DNA from: Nitrospinales bacterium
GTDB lineage: Bacteria > Nitrospinota > Nitrospinia > Nitrospinales > JAJDAT01
Assembly (NCBI GenBank): GCA_046757665.1
Contig: JBHHYO010000081.1
Location: 1 to 11,821, forward strand
Length of the DNA stretch: 11,821 bases
Direction of reading: 5' to 3'
The first letter of the stretch is position 1. Each line of letters begins with the position of its first letter. The translations under genes and the position numbers were made by a program. The notes under the pieces are model-generated. The model did no database searches and was not told where the DNA came from. It saw only the letters and a list, made by a program, of their open reading frames with translations. This document shows positions 7,936-11,821 of this stretch, piece after piece.

Positions 7936-8631
7936 GACCTTCATGCGAATGATGGCATACCAGGGATACCCGGCATTGTGGCTCACCGACCATTCGGGAA
8001 AATCGGTTTCTTGAATATCAAACCGCGGATCATTGCGGAAAACTTCTATGTACCGACAATTATAATAGATGATTACAATCTCTTTTTTAGGGTAATACGT
8101 CTCGAGAATATGCGCCTTGAATTCGTTCGTCATTGCTACGCCAAATGGATTATACAAATAGAAGACATCGGCGTCCGTGGGGAACTCGTCAAAAATATTG
8201 CCGTTTTTTATGGTTACGTTTTCGTATTTCTCGAATGCTTTTTTTGCGAAAACAGCGGTTTCTTTGTGCAATTCAAAACCGTAAATCCGGTTTTTGTAGC
8301 CCTGATGCAACCACCAGGCAATCGTCCGTCCCCTTCCACACCCCACGTCAACCAGGACGTTATGCGGCTGGACAGGGTAACACCGGAAAATTTTTTTTAG
8401 AATCAGCGTGCTGGTTGGGTTGGAACTACTTATGTCCAAATGTTCAATATACAGCCTTGGAGCGGACGCAAAAGCTTGCCCGGTAACAATATGATCGAAA
8501 ATCCAATCGGAAATTAATTCACGAATGATCCAGGAAAGCTTTTGCGCCAGCAAGGGAACTGTCAGGCGGCGAAGATTCCACAGCTTTTGAAAAATCTTCG
8601 CCCCCCCGTTATCCTTTGCAGAATGAGCCAT
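7909..8631 (-). CDS. Class I SAM-dependent methyltransferase
   Basis: Motif I VLVDVGCGRGR, acidic residue after strand 2 (IYGFEL), GNIFD and post-motif FYLYNPF; 240 aa. Visibly lower GC than the neighbouring operon. Confidence 0.88.
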   Translation of the reverse strand: MAHSAKDNGGAKIFQKLWNLRRLTVPLLAQKLSWIIRELISDWIFDHIVTGQAFASAPRLYIEHLDISSSNPTSTLILKKIFRCYPVQPHNVLVDVGCGRGRTIAWWLHQGYKNRIYGFELHKETAVFAKKAFEKYENVTIKNGNIFDEFPTDADVFYLYNPFGVAMTNEFKAHILETYYPKKEIVIIYYNCRYIEVFRNDPRFDIQETDFPEWSVSHNAGYPWYAIIRMKVRDSSLRSE

Positions 8632-8714
8632 TTTTTTTCTAACCCCGACTCCATTTCAACTTGCCCGGTTGATCCATTGGAAATCTTCTCATAGAATAGC
8701 GCTCCAAAGAAGCG

Positions 8715-10763
8715 TTGATAAAGTATTGCACCCGGCTGACCCAGGAACAAAGAAATTCTCAACTTTCCACAGACACGACTGCATTGAAATCATCCTTTAA
8801 TTGGCGCCCGGAAGAAAAGTTGCTTGACCGAACCGCATTGTTGTTCGTGTTCGTCTATGCGTTGGCCGTCGCGTGGTTTTCCTGGAACTATTATCCTATC
8901 GGCCAAACCCGAAGCGTTGAAAACGATTTTTTTGCCTGGTACGTCACCAGCGCAAAAAAAATGCTTGCGGGGAATTTTTCCGACCTCAAAGGGGGGTATC
9001 GATTCAATCCTCTGGGCTATTCATGCCTGCTGGCCTTTGTCAAATGGATTGTCGGAGATTTTTTTGTCGCGGGAAAAATTATTTCCATTGTTTCATCCGC
9101 CCTGGCGCTTCTTTGCATCTATTTTCTGATAAAAAGAATATTTGATCCTCTTCTTGCCATTCTGGTACTGCCGGCAACCGCCGCCAACAAACATTTCATC
9201 CTTTCCAGTTACTACGTCGGCACGGACATGCTGTTTATGGCTCTGGCCTGTCTTACCCTGCTGGTTTTGGTTTCCGGGGATGGCGGTTATAAAAAAGCTC
9301 TCGCGGCCGGAGGGCTCACCGGCCTGGCCTATTTGACCCGGTACAACGGGATATTTTTAATTCCGGTCGCCGCATGGTATCTATTCTTCCAACCTCCGGA
9401 AAAGAATTTTTGGCAACGGTTGCGGCCATGTGCCGTGTATTTGTTTGCTTTCGCCGCCGCCATCCTGCCCTGGCACCTGTTTCTTCTTGCCCGGAAGGGT
9501 ACTTTTTTCTTCAACGAAAATTATCTCAACCTGGCGTTCGATTTTTTGAGCACGGGCATAAACAAGGATCATTGGTCGCTTTTATACAAACAAAAATACC
9601 AATCCTTTGGCGACGTCCTTTTTTCGGACCCCGGGATGTTCCTCTGGAACGTGTTTTTAAACATCGGCAATAACGCCAAAAACATTTTCAATCAGTTGAT
9701 CCCGGACTATTTGGGCTTGTTCGTTATTATCGGAATCCCGCTCCTGCTGACCCGTTCAGCCAAATCCGCAAACGACGGAGGAAAATGCGACTGCCTGTTT
9801 CTTTCATATCTTGTTTATTTTTTATTGATGGGGTTGATCCATTTTGAAGCCCGATACTTCCTTTACCTGGCGCCGCTCATCTCCCTTGCTTATATCTACA
9901 GCTTTTGTCAAATTTTCAAAAAAGTCCCGCACAAGTATTTGGCAGAGCCGTTGCGGGGCGGCATCCTGGTTGGGATCATTTTATATGCCGGCTGGGGGGC
10001 CGTTTCTTTTCACTTCAAATATAGTAAAACCTTCAATACGGAGATTCTGACGATTTCGAATTTCATGCGCTTTGTTGCCGGGCCTTCCCAAACCCTGATG
10101 GCCCGGTCGGCGAATATCGGCTACTTCAGCCACCTTCGTTGGAAACATTTATCTGCGTTCAAGAACCCGTCTGCATTGGCGAAAGCCGCGCGAGCGGATA
10201 ATGCGGATTTTATATTTTATTCCGTAGTCGAGTCGGTTATGCAACCCGAGCTGGGGCACCTCGTTTTGTACGAAACGGTCCCGGGATTGCAGAAGATCGC
10301 GGAATGGCGCCCTTCCCGGCGCAAAGCCGCGGTTTACCGCGTTCTGCCGGATGAAACCACAACGGGAATTTTTGCGGCCAACCGCGCCAATTTTAAAACG
10401 GATGACTTGTGGAGGGAATTTTTGCGGAAAACCGCTTCGCCCGCGGGCCGCGTCAGTCTGGAAGGAGTCCTTATCATTCACACACCCGGACAATATACAT
10501 TGGCTTTTTCAGCCAGCAAGTTTTCGCTGGCAATCGACGGCAAGACCGTAATGGACGACAGGAGAAGCAACAGCTCGTTTGTATCGAAAACGCTGACCCT
10601 GGAAAAAGGTTTTCATGTGATCCGGATAACATTCAGCGCCAACCCAAGGCACATCGTACCGCTGGGATTGTTTTGGGAGACTCCGAACAAATCGCGGCAA
10701 GCGGTCCCCAGGTCCGCCTTCGTTGTCAACCGGGTTCTGGCGCCGCCGGAGGGAGGAACCTGA
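8715..10763 (+). CDS. GT-C superfamily membrane glycosyltransferase (PMT_2/ArnT-like) with C-terminal PA14-like domain
   Basis: First TM followed by an acidic loop VENDFFAWY, then NPLGYS, TDMLF, GLAYLTRYNG and EARYFLYLAP, with many TM segments. The C-terminal beta-rich region (about 10446-10720: GVLIIHTPGQYTL..LAIDGKTVMD..LEKGFHVIRI..LFWETP..VP) follows the PA14 pattern. Start uncertain: in-frame TTG at 8715, 8784 or 8820; no ATG before the first TM helix. Confidence 0.82.
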   Translation: MIKYCTRLTQEQRNSQLSTDTTALKSSFNWRPEEKLLDRTALLFVFVYALAVAWFSWNYYPIGQTRSVENDFFAWYVTSAKKMLAGNFSDLKGGYRFNPLGYSCLLAFVKWIVGDFFVAGKIISIVSSALALLCIYFLIKRIFDPLLAILVLPATAANKHFILSSYYVGTDMLFMALACLTLLVLVSGDGGYKKALAAGGLTGLAYLTRYNGIFLIPVAAWYLFFQPPEKNFWQRLRPCAVYLFAFAAAILPWHLFLLARKGTFFFNENYLNLAFDFLSTGINKDHWSLLYKQKYQSFGDVLFSDPGMFLWNVFLNIGNNAKNIFNQLIPDYLGLFVIIGIPLLLTRSAKSANDGGKCDCLFLSYLVYFLLMGLIHFEARYFLYLAPLISLAYIYSFCQIFKKVPHKYLAEPLRGGILVGIILYAGWGAVSFHFKYSKTFNTEILTISNFMRFVAGPSQTLMARSANIGYFSHLRWKHLSAFKNPSALAKAARADNADFIFYSVVESVMQPELGHLVLYETVPGLQKIAEWRPSRRKAAVYRVLPDETTTGIFAANRANFKTDDLWREFLRKTASPAGRVSLEGVLIIHTPGQYTLAFSASKFSLAIDGKTVMDDRRSNSSFVSKTLTLEKGFHVIRITFSANPRHIVPLGLFWETPNKSRQAVPRSAFVVNRVLAPPEGGT

Positions 10764-10785
10764 CGGGCTTGTCTTCGCGGGAAAG

Positions 10786-11382
10786 TCAGATTCGGTGGCA
10801 ATAAATGTAAAACAGCCAGGCCTGGTTGATGCCGACCCGTTTGCGCTCCAGCCCCCACAAATGGATGGTCTTGAAGTAAGGAAGCTTTTTCAAACGTTCA
10901 ACGTATTGGGTCACTGCCTTGGGTTGAATGGTCATGCCTTTGATTTCGATGATTTCATCCAATCCGCCTTCAAAATTGAAATTCACTCCGGATTTTTTGG
11001 CATCCCGCTTCGTTATGAAATCAATACGTTTCAACCAGATTGCATCCGGGAGCAGTTGATTTAAATCATTCAGAAACCGGGCCGGCTGGCTTTGGTTATT
11101 TCTGAGGTTTTCGATCCCGACAATGATCTGGTTGATCCGCTTGGTTTTCTTTTGCATCTTTTTGATGACTCTGTACCGACTTTCAAGAACACTGATCTGG
11201 GAATCCAACTTTGCAATCTCATTGCTTACCTGGAAGTTTTTCTGTTTCTCGGAAAGCGCCACAAAACCTATCAACACAAGCGCCACAACCACGATGGAAC
11301 CGGCAACCACCAGTTGCTTCTGGATTTGGATTCTTCTGACTTCTTCTTGAAAATCGTATAAATTTATTTTGATCAATGCCAT
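10786..11382 (-). CDS. pilN: PilN-domain protein (type IV pilus / T2SS alignment-complex type)
   Basis: N-terminal IKINL (the PilM-binding INL motif), one TM helix, a coiled coil, then LNDLNQLLPDAIWLKRI...IEIKG...YVERLKKLPYF. Start at ATG 11382 (MALIKINL; 198 aa). Confidence 0.85.
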   Translation of the reverse strand: MALIKINLYDFQEEVRRIQIQKQLVVAGSIVVVALVLIGFVALSEKQKNFQVSNEIAKLDSQISVLESRYRVIKKMQKKTKRINQIIVGIENLRNNQSQPARFLNDLNQLLPDAIWLKRIDFITKRDAKKSGVNFNFEGGLDEIIEIKGMTIQPKAVTQYVERLKKLPYFKTIHLWGLERKRVGINQAWLFYIYCHRI

Positions 11383-11750
11383 GTCGTACCAATGTCGCCC
11401 CGAAGTCGCTCCCGGAGGGCAAACCAATCTTTTATTTCAATAAGTTATCCAACACTCACCTGGAGAAAGAATAACATAAAACAGCCAGAAAAGCGGTTTC
11501 CATTTTGCGGCGCCAGAGACTGAGGCCCGCCTATTGCCAATTAATCCAGTAAGTCCCGGCTCTAACAGGTTGCGATTTTAACCTAATTATCCGCAATTAT
11601 CCATATTGAACTCCAAAAAACTCCCCGCCTCATAACTTGTTCATAAATCAGGAACAGGTCAACCCGGCCTTGCCGGAATCCATAACCGGAAGACCTGCGA
11701 TCCATCAACCTGCCCTGCAGGCCAAATATGGTCCATCCGTTTTTTCCCAA

Positions 11751-11786
11751 AAATAAGGGAGGATATACTATAATAACCTCTTATTT
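11751..11786 (+). promoter_or_regulatory. Candidate outward-facing -10 box inside an imperfect inverted repeat
   Basis: Perfect TATAAT at 11769-11774, enclosed by AAATAAGGGAGG (11751-11762) and CCTCTTATTT (11777-11786). Only a weak -35 (TTCCCA, 11744-11749, 19-bp spacer). The downstream gene is outside the window. Confidence 0.3.
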
Positions 11787-11821
11787 CCATGTATCTGCCG
11801 ATGCGGAGCTGTATCTGACTG

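Noticed and set aside
2433..8961. 8-nt homopolymer runs (T8 2433-2440, T8 8391-8398, T8 8631-8638, A8 8954-8961) as phase-variation sites
   Set aside because: They are short A/T runs, all reading frames are intact, and there is no sign of slippage.
10760..10789. CTGAC...GTCAG inverted pair between the convergent GT-C and pilN genes as a terminator
   Set aside because: The symmetry is mostly the two opposing TGA stop codons; there is no strong stem or U-tract.
11414..11445. GGGCAAACCA resembling the 5' part of a c-di-GMP-I riboswitch
   Set aside because: The required GAAA-capped stem and GACGCAAA segment do not follow, and it is on the opposite strand to pilN.
11525..11540. Minus-strand TTGGCAATAGGCGGGC as a sigma-54 promoter for pilN
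   Set aside because: The GG-N10-GC spacing is correct, but the -12 element is GGGC rather than TTGC. Too weak without conservation data.

Overview
An 11.8-kb bacterial cell-surface glycan biosynthesis/modification locus. Its core is a tightly coupled + strand operon: CDP-alcohol phosphotransferase-family membrane protein, multidomain CE4/DUF2334-like deacetylase, GT4 glycosyltransferase, Wzx-type flippase and CelD/BcsL-like GNAT acyltransferase. A divergent GT2 glycosyltransferase lies to the left. To the right are an antisense, lower-GC SAM methyltransferase, a GT-C (PMT_2/ArnT-like) membrane glycosyltransferase with a C-terminal PA14-like domain, and a convergent orphan pilN-like gene. Non-coding features are a nested REP-like palindromic cluster (101-182), a related REP-like unit supplying the last codons and stop of the methyltransferase (7907-7935), and a two-hairpin element resembling a non-autonomous IS200/IS605 relic (about 1141-1255). 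Most notable are the Asp-to-His change at the last catalytic position of the CDP-alcohol phosphotransferase motif, the deacetylase plus GNAT pair, and a flippase plus GT-C layout with no visible Wzy or initiating transferase. All family calls come from motif recognition by eye; no searches were run.
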